Under the pieces are notes generated by a model that was not told where the DNA came from, searched no databases, and saw nothing but the letters and a program-made list of their open reading frames with translations. Of a stretch of 64,000 bases of DNA, positions 1-10,367 are shown one piece after another. Both the position numbers and the translations under genes were made by a program. This DNA comes from Podospora anserina. Taxonomy: Eukaryota. Positions within the stretch are counted from its first letter, which is position 1; each line of letters starts with the position of its first letter. The DNA is taken from NCBI GenBank assembly GCA_017654855.1, contig CM030332.1, positions 1,736,001 through 1,800,000 of the forward strand, read 5' to 3'.

Positions 1-1128
1 TCCAGAAGCGTGCCAACTGCGGTGCTGGCATTGGAAACTGCCCTTCCGGTCAATGCTGCTCTCAATACGGCTGGTGTGGCGTCACCTCTGAACATTGCGG
101 AACTGGTTGCCAAAGCGGCTTTGGAACCTGTACAGGTGGTGGAGGTGGAAACAATGAAGAAACTCTGTCGACTCCTCGGCCAAAATTTGGAAGCATCCCC
201 TATGGTAAGCCCCTCTCTGAGATAATTTGAAAACATGAAAACAAGATGACTTACACTTTTCAAAGGCGTCACCATCACCAACTGCAACGCCGCGGGCACC
301 ATCGCCCTCACGTTCGACGATGGCCCCTTCCTCTACACCAACCAGCTCCTTGACCTCCTCGCCCAGCAGCAAGTCAAGGCCACCTTCTTCACCAACGGCC
401 TCAACTGGGGAGACGCAACCCAAGCACCATACCCCGATGTCCTGCGCCGCATTGTAAACGACGGCCACCAGCTCGGCTCCCACACCTACAACCACCCAGA
501 CCTCAACACCCTCACCACCGCCGCCCGCAGAAGCAACATGGCGCAAAACGAAAAGATCTTCAAGGACGCCCTCGGCGGGTACTTCCCCACCTACATGCGC
601 CCTCCTTACGGCAGCTGCACCGGCCAGTGCCTCACCGACCTGGGCGACCTCGGCTATCACGTCATCAACTGGAACATCGACACCCTCGACTACCAAGGCA
701 ACATCCCCAACAGCCAAAACATCTTCAACAGCGCCGTCAGCACCAACGCCGCGGCCAACAAGTACATCGCCCTCGCCCACGACGTCCACCAGGCGACCGT
801 TCAGCAGCTTGCCCTGGGTTTGATCCAGACCGCCAAGAACAGGGGCTACCGTCTGGTGACTGTCGGCGAGTGCCTTGGTGATGCTCCCGTCAACTGGTAT
901 CGTGATGCCACGACTGGCAATGCTCGCACCGGCGGCGGTGGTGGCAGCGGCGGCAACCCCAACCCCGGCCCCATCACCTCGACTAATGGTCTCTGCGGCA
1001 GCACAAACGGCAATATGAACTGCCTCAACTCTGGGTTCGGCAACTGCTGCTCTCAATGGGGCTTCTGCGGCTCTACCGCTGAGTACTGCGGTGCCAACTG
1101 CCAGCGGGCCTTTGGAAATTGCAATTAG
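1..1128 (+). CDS. Chitin/polysaccharide deacetylase (CE4) flanked by two hevein-like CBM18 modules; 5' end outside the window; intron 205-265
   Basis: Exon 1 (frame 3) reads [39 protein letters not shown] (CBM18). After GTAAGC..CAAAG splicing come the CE4 motifs [24 protein letters not shown] and LAHDVH, then a C-terminal CBM18 ([26 protein letters not shown]). Confidence 0.93.
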
Positions 1129-1164
1129 CTGAGATAAGAGTATATATATGTCCGCGGGGACAAT

Positions 1165-1209
1165 GGGGTTTTCAATGGGTTTTCAACGGGTTTTCAACGG
1201 GGTTTTCAG
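1165..1209 (+). repeat. Short tandem repeat (G)GGGTTTTCAAY, about 4 copies, in the 3' flank of the CE4 gene
   Basis: Read directly: ggggttttcaat gggttttcaac gggttttcaac ggggttttcag. Confidence 0.8.
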
Positions 1210-1974
1210 TTAATAAATAATGCTCCTTACATCATGTCCACAAAGTGATGTTGAGCTGTGTGTGCCGAGATAGTGGCGTTCGATTATTGATCCTGAAAGA
1301 AACCAATGAAAACAACAGACAAGTTGAAGGCTGATGCTTGTTCAACCGTAGATAAGGGGGGGGACTTAACGGTTGGCCCAGATGTGGTAGAAAAGATGAG
1401 CTTCCTTGGCGTGGTTGCCTCCGGACGCTGCCATGTTTTGTGTGATTTTGTGATCGTGTCAAAGGACAGCTTTCAAGAGCTGTAAAGGGGGTGGATGTTT
1501 CTCATCCAATGGAACACAAATAAGAATGCGGTTGCTAACCGAGCAAGAAGCTTAGACGCCACGAGAAAGGTTTAATGCAGTGTGCCTGATGGGGGCGTCA
1601 TTTCTTGGTTCGAACTACACAATCAGTCAGCACCTTTCATAGTTTCCACTGGTGGAACTGACTTATACAAACGAGAGCGCCACGCTTACCTCATTTTCCA
1701 TATTGCTTACCTGCTGCTTCAGCCTCACCGACGTCATTTGACACTGGGTCCAATCGGCAGGAATTCAAGCCATTTGTACTTTGTAATACCAATCAGCCGA
1801 GAGTCTAGTATATTCATTGGGTCCGTAGGCGGACAATAAGGGGTTGCGTGGTCACACCGTCATACTATCTCGCAGAGGTATTAGTTCTCGCCTTTGTCCA
1901 TGTCCAAGTCGAATATCCCAGAGTCTTTTTCGAGCATCATCTTGAAAGTCTCAGGCGCTAGGGACTGACTCACC

Positions 1975-3213
1975 ATGACATATGTAAGTTTGACTTCCAC
2001 GTGGTTGCTCCCATCTATAATAAGACCGAGGTTACTGACGTAGGCCAGCAATCCAGTGCCCACTTGCCAATACCCAACCGCGAGCGCAACGAAGGCGGCG
2101 AGCTAGAGGTTGTGCCATCTCATTGGTATCCTCAAAGACCCATATCCGCTGTACCATATTCCTGGCGTCGAGAGTGGCAGCCACAGGAACAATGGCAAGG
2201 ATACGGCGAAACGGAAGACGACAAGCCCAGCGAATACTCTCAGAGTCGGTACGACCGGAGTAAGAGTGTTTACGAGCCAAAAAAGCAAGCAGCTCGGCAC
2301 ATGCCAAGACGAAAGATTTGCGGCCTGAACCTTTCGATATTCTTGCTTTCATGTGCTGTGGCCTTATTGTTTGTGGGCGTTGCTGTTGCTGCGGCATTGT
2401 TGGGGTCCAAAGTTGCCAAGCTTGAAGCCACAATGCCACCAGAAACAACACAACAAGCGCGATCTGATGTTGAGTCAAACAAAAATGATGTGACGGGGGG
2501 GGTTGTCTCAAATGACACCCGTGTGGATGACTTTTTGACGACAAATACCATCTCTGATGGCGAAGAAAGGGGCCACTCCATCACAGGCAGAAGCGTCAAT
2601 GCCTCCGTCCAAAAGACGACTGCCAGTACAGCCAAAAGTACGACGGTCAGTGTCAGCACCCGCACGACTGAAAGCACGAGTCAAGAGGCAACCAAAGCAA
2701 CTGAGGCCGGAACTAGTGTTCTTGTCAGCGAAACTCGATCCGCCCAGGCGAGTACAATGCCGTCCACGGCAGGAGAAGTGATCAAGGCTCAGCAAACACC
2801 ATCGAGAACCATAAGCGCTGTCATCGCGACTGAAACCACCATGATGAAGAAGCGAATTGCTGGGTGGAGCTATGTCGGGTGCTTTGAAGATTCCGGGGAC
2901 CGCATTTTGATGGGTGATTTCAAGCAACGGAACGATATGACAAATAGCCTCTGCGCCAACATCTGTACCGACCAGAGATACAAGTATTTTGGAACAGAAT
3001 TCCACCACCGTATGTTTCAACCTCCTTGAGTCCCTGATGAACTCGAGCATTCTGGCTAACAAGGCAATAGAATGCATGTGTGGTGAATCAGTTTCCAGAA
3101 TGATACCAGCAGACGACTGGCGCTGTGATAGGGAATGCGGGGGAAATCCTGTTGATGAGGTGTTTGAGCCGTGCGGTGGTGAATGGTTCACAAGTTTGTG
3201 GGAAAGACAATGA
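1975..3213 (+). CDS. Single-pass membrane protein with Ser/Thr-rich stalk and C-terminal WSC domain; exons 1975-1983, 2049-3009, 3071-3213
   Basis: ATG ACA TAT|GTAAGT..TACTGAC..CCAG splices in frame to the 2001 ORF. TM segment IFLLSCAVALLFVGVAVAAALL. WSC motif WSYVGCFED..MTNSLCANIC..YKYFGTEFHHQCMCG..CDRECGGN..EPCGG spans intron 3010-3070. Confidence 0.85.
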
Positions 3214-3900
3214 CCTGGATGGGTGATGCTGGGTTCAGATTGAGCGGTCGAGAGCTGATGCTTTCGGTAAGGTTGTAAGGGAAATAAACTTTAACACCAC
3301 TTGTTTCAAATTTCAATAAGTATTAAAGCACGGTCCTCCATACTGCAGTTCTTGTGGTTGCCCTTTGGTGTGACCATGCAGCTCCTTCCCAATCATACAG
3401 GTAACAACAATGCTATGGCTTTGAGCCATATCCAGTGGATCAGAAAAGCAGATCAAACAGCTTTGCTCTCCTATCCATAACTAGAGAGCTTTCTAACTTT
3501 GGGTTGGAATCGCCCCATGAAAAGACGCCCGCAAAATTATTGCTCGCTTTGGCCATTTCGGTCATGTCGTCATTATTCGTTATGTGGTTCCTCTTCCCTT
3601 GCTCCTTCTTCATTCGCACCCCACTTTCTCTCTCTCAGCAAACAGACCAGTCTGTCAGCCACAGACAAGATAATTGTCTTCTACTTGCCCCAAAGTCCAA
3701 TCTGTAGAGCACACCCAGCACACCCAGCACCTCGCCCCCTTCATCTGATGTCCTAATTCTCCCCAGTATCAACCACCCCATAGTAGTCCCCACCCTTGAA
3801 ATCCTCACTGTTTCCAGTTATCGGCGACGTCATCGTCGGCGTCGTCATTGCCGTCGTCGTCGTCGTTATTATCGTCCCAGGTGTACTGAGCCCCCAGCAC

Positions 3901-5445
3901 TTATACTCCCCCACTACTCCCACCACTCACACTACTCCCCCCATAATCAAGCCCCCCTTGACCACCCCCTATCATCCCAACCTCCATTATCCTTCCCGTC
4001 GTCGGTGGTGGGCCCCCCCTCAACCCAGAATAAACCTGCCGCGCCGCATGAGCCAAATAAGCCTGGATCAACGGACAGTCACAATCCGCGTGCTTCAACA
4101 CCTCATTCTTCAAGTTATACACCTCGTCCTTCAATTGTCCCACGCTGGTCAATAAGCTCTTTCTCCGACTGCTAATCTCTTGCTCTTCTGCCTCTAGCTG
4201 GGCGGCGGCGGCCTGGGTCTTGACTCTGTACCGGATCGCGGCTTGTCGGTTGCGGAAGCGGAGGTTGGTCCCTTCAGCGGTGCTGTTGTTGTTGTCATTG
4301 GCTCCAGAGACGGAGCCTCGTGGTCGTTTTTTGGGTTGTTGTTCTTGTTGTTGTTTTGTACCATCGTCGCCAGTTTCGGTGGGGTGGGAGACGCCAGTTG
4401 GTGTTTGTTTGCCGGGGTAGGAAGATGAGAATGCTAGGCTTCCAGCGGTTGTGGGGATTGTGGCCGGGGAGAGGATGCTGCTGGGAGCACTGGTGGAGCT
4501 TAGGGTTAAGAGCTGGCCTGGGGGAAAGTTCACGTCGTGTTTAGGTGGGCGGCCTCGCCGGCGTTTCGGGGGCACAACGAGTGTAAAATCCTGTCTGCGA
4601 GTCAAGCTTGTGGAGTGGGCGGCGGGTGTTGTTATTACTGCTGCTGGTGATGGGTGCGTCTCCGGTATTGGGGCTCCTATGTTGTCGTAGTCATGATCGA
4701 TTGTGAGCCCGTGGTTGGACTGCTGTGCGTTGGGTACCAATCCGTGTTGATGTTGAAGACAGTAAGGTGCCGGCGGGGGGACTGAATTCAGATTCAATTG
4801 AGGTTGATCGACGGGTCCAGTCAAAGAGTACGCCGGCTCATTTTGGGCGTGAAGGTAAGAAGCGTCAAACGTATTTTGGCGTTTTACAGGGTCGGCGGTA
4901 TTGGAATAATCAGAAAAGAAGCTCGGCGGGTTATCGGGGGAATGCTGTGCTGTTGGGTAAACGACGCTGCTTTGAGAGGCATGCGGTGGAAGCCAAAAAG
5001 GCGGCGCAGCTGGGTGAGAAGAGCTCTGTTCCTGGTCTAACTCTATCTTTGTGTTGAAGACATGGGAGAGTTCAGACGTTGCCCAATTTAGCGGTCCGTG
5101 GTTCTGGTAGAGCGCGACGGGAGCGTTATCCAGCCCATCGAAGGTGCCGGGAGCGTTATCCAATCCATTGAAGGTGTCGCTAAGGGCGGATGGCCAGTTA
5201 TCCCAGTGGTGTCCATCATAGCTTATGCCACTTTGTGGGATTCCGCTCGTGGGAAAGGCGGGTGCTGTGGATGAGAAGCCGTCGCCCTGAGAAACGCCGG
5301 CGGATAAGGAAAGAACCGAAGGAGTCCCTGAAGTATTGAGGCCCTCTTGGCCGTCGTTCATTGGACTTGGGGTCAATGGAGGTGTGGTATATATTGGGTG
5401 GCAGCCTGAACCCGCCACTTTGGTCTGGCCAGGTTGCTCCGACAT
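3901..5445 (-). CDS. bZIP transcription factor (ATF/Aft1-like C-terminal bZIP) with an AT-hook-like RRRGRPPK; start codon uncertain
   Basis: Basic region RFRNRQAAIRYRVK followed by zipper QLEAEEQEISSRRKSLLTSVGQLKDEVYNLKNEVLKHADCDCPLIQAYL, typical of fungal ATF-type bZIPs. First ATG of the long ORF is at 5445. Confidence 0.85.
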   Translation of the reverse strand: MSEQPGQTKVAGSGCHPIYTTPPLTPSPMNDGQEGLNTSGTPSVLSLSAGVSQGDGFSSTAPAFPTSGIPQSGISYDGHHWDNWPSALSDTFNGLDNAPGTFDGLDNAPVALYQNHGPLNWATSELSHVFNTKIELDQEQSSSHPAAPPFWLPPHASQSSVVYPTAQHSPDNPPSFFSDYSNTADPVKRQNTFDASYLHAQNEPAYSLTGPVDQPQLNLNSVPPPAPYCLQHQHGLVPNAQQSNHGLTIDHDYDNIGAPIPETHPSPAAVITTPAAHSTSLTRRQDFTLVVPPKRRRGRPPKHDVNFPPGQLLTLSSTSAPSSILSPATIPTTAGSLAFSSSYPGKQTPTGVSHPTETGDDGTKQQQEQQPKKRPRGSVSGANDNNNSTAEGTNLRFRNRQAAIRYRVKTQAAAAQLEAEEQEISSRRKSLLTSVGQLKDEVYNLKNEVLKHADCDCPLIQAYLAHAARQVYSGLRGGPPPTTGRIMEVGMIGGGQGGLDYGGSSVSGGSSGGV

Positions 5446-8400
5446 CGGTTTCGAGGTGCCAGGCCAGCACCTAACAGCTCGACTTGAATACCGAGTCAGC
5501 GGGCGCTTTGAAGCGGACGAGAAGTGGTATACCGCGCGAGTGCGCGCCTGGTCAAGGCCCAAGGATCAACAAGTCGTGGGCCAAGGAACGGAGCCGAACT
5601 GAATTTCTTGGATGAGACTGGAACCAGAGAGGGGTGCATAGGTAGACAAGCAATGACAGGCGGTTGATGATAGGTCTCGGCGGCAACACTTGCCCCAGCA
5701 AGTGGAGAGGAGTTTGGGGTTATCACGGACTGGACATGGCTGGACTCCCATACATATGAGTGCACTGTCATCAGCCGACTAGATACCATTCCTGGTCGTT
5801 GTGGCATTGCATAAGTCAAGACATTTCTCAAGTACTATTGAGATGGACTCTACATATTGCCGCCATGCCGGGTGCAACTCATCGAAGGCGAGGCTCGTCA
5901 TCATAAGCCCCCCTGTGGCTTGACCGATTTCAGATAAAGGGGTTGCATTGGTCAGTCCAAGATGACACTACAGACCTTGTCTTCTTTGTGTCGTGTGGCT
6001 GCGAGGGTGAGAACTGAGAACAGCCAACCAGCTCTCACGGCAGGGACGGCTGACCAATGGGAGATTCTGGAAGCAATCCCTCCAATGGACTGAAGGGGTG
6101 CCCTGGGCGGTCCACCAATTGGATGTTCACCCCCGCACGCCCGGCAATGAACACTTTTGAACTGCAGTGGGGGTCTCTGTCGGTCCGTTGGTGGACAAGA
6201 ACTCTCACTCACCACAAGATGATACCAATCCAGGTTTACTAGGTACATGAATACAATGTGGCACCTCCGAGAAGAATCTGGGAGGTTCTCACCCTTTTAT
6301 ATCGACTTATTTTGTAAGAGTCGGATACGTAGCTAGCAAGATCGCAACCGCGATCTGCTTGGGAATGACACGGACAGCACAGATCATCCCGCGTGCTTTA
6401 ACTTTAAATGCCATGGCTCGTTACGTGAGTCAGCGGGCATTGGCAGTGCTCCCTTGGCAGGCGCTGTCGTCGTCCGGAGCATTTCTCCAACGTGGAGCCA
6501 GAGGCGAGCGCTCGATACTGTTTGTCATGTGAAGCTCAATTCGAGACCGGTACTCAAATGTTTTTCCTACTTTGCCAGTGTGAAAATATTGTACGTTTCG
6601 CCAAGCAGCTGTGGCCAGGGAGAGATCACCTCAAAGGCGGGGTTGATGCAGACGAGGGGAGAAGATCCCTCGGGCCATACATCTGACAGAATCTTTTTTT
6701 TTTCACTCTAAGCTCTAGGCTCATGTACATACGTTGTTTCCTTCCATACCAGACGTATCGGCCTTGGACACGTCTTTGTATTCTCCTTTGGTACCGTGGT
6801 ATCCAAGCCCTTAATAACCATGAATTAACACATTGTGGTTGAAGAAAAAGTGCCTCTTATCTGTTGCCCGTCGAGATTGAGCTCTGTACATCGAGCCCAC
6901 GGAGATATCCGGCCCCTACATGCAACGACTCAAAAGATAGCAGGTTGTTTCAGGGGTTTGGACCCTGATTTATGGCCGATCAGGAAATTAACCCCGATCA
7001 GCCAATTGGAAACCTCACCCATCATCCGATGAGGTGAGCCAGTCTCGAGCCAGTTAAGCAAAACAGTCGATGAAGAGGCAAGTCACTTGATTACTCAGCA
7101 CCCCCTCGCTAGGAATGCAACCTGCCCAATTTCTATGCTACAACAAAGCCGCAAATGACGCCATCAGTGGCATTCCTGGATCAGGAGAATCAACACCTCA
7201 CGGCAGGGCCTTGAACCCTGAGCCTTGACCACACTCTGGGTCATTTTCTGCTCCATCATGACATTCCATGTCTAGGCACCTCGGCAGTCTTTATGTGCCT
7301 CAATCTTGGAGGCGACAGAAGGCGCAGTTGCTGCTAGCTTCGTGAGCTGAACCATACTTCAAGCTGGTGGTGGTCTTGTCTGTGCTAGAGCTTGGCCTTT
7401 CTTGACAGCTGCAGCGACCCTTGTTCTTGGATTGAGATTGTGCCGACTGGTCGTGGATCGGAGTTGGGGTTCTAGAGCTTGTTAGGTATCGAGATCTTTG
7501 GACGCCGTGCCAACTCCATCACCCTCGTTCCAACTGCAAAGGAAGATACTGGGGAGGAGTGAGTACCAACCTTTGAGCATCTCACACGCAGCCTGGCCTG
7601 GGTTCCTTGCTTTCTGCTTCTCGGTCGTCTTGGCCAGCATGGTTTGTGTACGATGTATCCCACCGGCTACTTGCCATCTGTTTGCCTCTTGTTGCTGCCG
7701 CATAAGTCGAGGGATGTGAGCCAATGTGCAGTCTCCAAGTGCTCTCCAAGTGCTCTCCATCTTTATAGAAGACCGGAAAGCTTCCGAGGTTGGGACACCT
7801 TACGGCCCTCTCCCACAGCTGCGGCATGTGTTGACTAGGTATACCGTCTTCCAACAATGTTTATGATTAGGGGAAGTTGAGACGTGAGTGATGCCATGAA
7901 GGACGGGGTGGTGCGGGTGGATAACCTCGAACGGTCCGTAAGCCAGCCACAGATGCCACCAACATGTTACACCTGCCTCTTCACCGTTCTAGACCCAGAT
8001 TCTCTCTAAGCTGGCATCAGAACCTATCTCTTGAACCTAGAAATAAGCGTGAACTTTGTATTCTGAGGCCGGATTTGAATACAATTCATTTAAAAGCAAA
8101 ACCGTACGTTGTATTCCAAGGGTCGATCTTTACTTGTGAAGGCTTGTTGGGATTATTTTTTAAATCGGCGTGCCTTATTCGATGCTAACGTAGAGTCAGA
8201 GTAAGAAGTTCCGAGTATGGATACGGACAAGCAAGAGTCGTTGTTGGGTTATATAAAGTCGACCAGTTGGACCAGAGGAATAGTATCACCCTAACCTTGC
8301 GGTAGATCGAACAATCCCACTTATCGTTACTCGGCGCCTTGCCTGGTCAATCATAGCCTCTTTTGGGTTCTTCGTTTTATTTTGTGCCACTGCAAGGTTA

Positions 8401-8566
8401 CACAATCTCGGACTCGACCTCGGGTACGTGCCTTCCTTCTGTTGCATAGCCAAAATGCCAAGTACCTTCCTCGGACTTCAGGTTTTCTGTTTTCTGTTCC
8501 TGACCATCTTTTCCCCGCGTTGGTTTCCACCTTAAACCAAAACCAGACTCGATACCGCCGGCCGCT

Positions 8567-9691
8567 ATGATGTTTGCTATTATTACCGTATTATTGTTGC
8601 TCCTTTCTTTCTCCACCGCCGACAACCCCATCACCATCAAATCCTTCTCACTTTTTCTTCAGCAACGCCAATGCGTCCAACTTTGTCTTTGGCAACCAGT
8701 TACGAGCTCGAGAGATGTGGCAGTCGGTATCGGGTGCGCCGAACCATGGGTTAACGAATGCTTCTGCCAGAGGGAGCTGGCCGGCAAGGCCTCCACGTTC
8801 ATCTCCAACTGCGTAGCCAGTCGATGCGGGAGTCCACAGGAGATTGCTCCCTCGAGCGGCCCTGTTGCTAGTGGTTTGAGTGTTTACAACTCCTACTGCC
8901 AGGAAAACGGGCTGCCTATACCAACCGTCGCGTCGATCTGGAGCTTTGATGCGTACAGTGCCCTGCCGCAGTGCGGCCGTCTGTGCTTCTGGCGTGCAAA
9001 TAGGGACACTTATGATTTAATGCCACAAATGGGGTGTGGGGAACCTTGGGACAATGGGTGTTTGTGTGATAGGGAGAACAACGAAGAGAGAATAACAAGG
9101 GGGAAAGCTTTCATGACCGAGTGTATAGCTAGCCGGTGCGGGACAAGCCAAGATGGAATCTTGACTGAGGCATTGAGGGCATGGGGGGATTATTGTGGGA
9201 GTGCTGGGTTGTCGTTGGTGGCCATCACTGAGGGAGCCACCGTTGATTCATCAGTGACAACCACAAGCATCGCTGTTGGACCCTCCCAGACAGACATCCA
9301 AACCGGAGAACCCGAAACAGGTAGGTTACCTTATCTGGTCCTGGCACTGTCGGTGAGATTATCAAAGCGATGGCTAACCTTTTGTTTGCTCATAGGCCAA
9401 ATCTCTACTGGAGCGATTGTTGGAATAGTTGTGGGGGGTGTTGCAACTGTCGCTGCTGTTGTGATCGCTGCGGCGCTGATCATGTACAGAAAACGGCAGA
9501 ACAAGGCAAACACGGACAGATACGGCGCGGTAGAAAACCTGTCACCTCCGCAGAATGACAACAATCAAGTTGGGGGGCCGAGAATAATGCACGAAAAACC
9601 GGCCGAGCCAGAGGTTGCAGAGGTCGCGGGCGCAAGACATGAACTATGGAATCGAGATGTGCACCGGCGCACCTTGGAGCTACCGGCATAA
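8567..9691 (+). CDS. Type I membrane protein: signal peptide, two 8-Cys CFEM-like repeats, S/T linker, TM helix, short cytoplasmic tail; probable in-frame intron 9321-9395
   Basis: Hydrophobic N-terminus. Repeats C-x3-C..GC-x-EPW-x-N-x-C-x-C..C-x3-RCG..YC occur twice. TM GAIVGIVVGGVATVAAVVIAAALIMY then RKRQ. Intron GTAGGT..GCTAAC..CATAG. Confidence 0.8.
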   Translation: MMFAIITVLLLLLSFSTADNPITIKSFSLFLQQRQCVQLCLWQPVTSSRDVAVGIGCAEPWVNECFCQRELAGKASTFISNCVASRCGSPQEIAPSSGPVASGLSVYNSYCQENGLPIPTVASIWSFDAYSALPQCGRLCFWRANRDTYDLMPQMGCGEPWDNGCLCDRENNEERITRGKAFMTECIASRCGTSQDGILTEALRAWGDYCGSAGLSLVAITEGATVDSSVTTTSIAVGPSQTDIQTGEPETGRLPYLVLALSVRLSKRWLTFCLLIGQISTGAIVGIVVGGVATVAAVVIAAALIMYRKRQNKANTDRYGAVENLSPPQNDNNQVGGPRIMHEKPAEPEVAEVAGARHELWNRDVHRRTLELPA

Positions 9692-10367
9692 TACTTCTGG
9701 GAGCGTTATTAACACAAATATCATGAACTTACGTGGAGTTGGATACTTGGGAATTGGGCATAAAGAGTGTGGTCGAAGTTGCTAGCTTTGAGAGGCGAGT
9801 CGCACCCTATTATCACCAGACTGCCCTCCCTACCTTACCTTCATAATAGGTTTTTTTGAGCCGGTCACGTCACCTCCATCAGATTATTTTAGGCCTACAA
9901 CGCATGTTACATTTCCTATCTCATCTAATATTCTACTGTTGGTTCGTTTGGTGTTGTTGCGAGTCATGTAGGTATCTGGGCGACCATTTCCGGTTCAATG
10001 TACTTTAGAGGTCATATTAAAGATTAACCAGATCGACAATAGGTGGTAGCTCCCGCCATTCAAGCTTTCAAATGCGGGTAATATCTGTCGTCATTTCTAT
10101 AGTTGCCGCAACCTGCTCCGCTCACAACAACTCAATCTACGTGCCGCTCCAATCGGGTCGGCTTCCTATATTATGGCTTTGGATCAACGAGGGGTACCGG
10201 CGTGTATTATCGACCACACGGAATCCATCCTCGTATCTCTGCCATTTCATTCTCGTTTTCCACATCCAGACCGTCAAACCTGGCGTCTACATAAGACTTC
10301 AATCATCAGGTCTCATGCATTACCCCTTTTGTTGTCCTGGACACAAGTGTCGACGTGAAAGCCAATC

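Noticed and set aside
82-1056. Long antisense or alternate-frame ORFs (82-1056, 22385-23443, 23689-24672, 62815-63993 and others)
   Set aside because: Shadows of GC-rich, codon-biased genes; no recognisable motifs.
7100-7900. Possible degenerate coding remnant on the minus strand, with a short CTCCAAGTGCT tandem near 7732-7758
   Set aside because: Stops in all frames and no recognisable domain; cannot be supported without a homology search.
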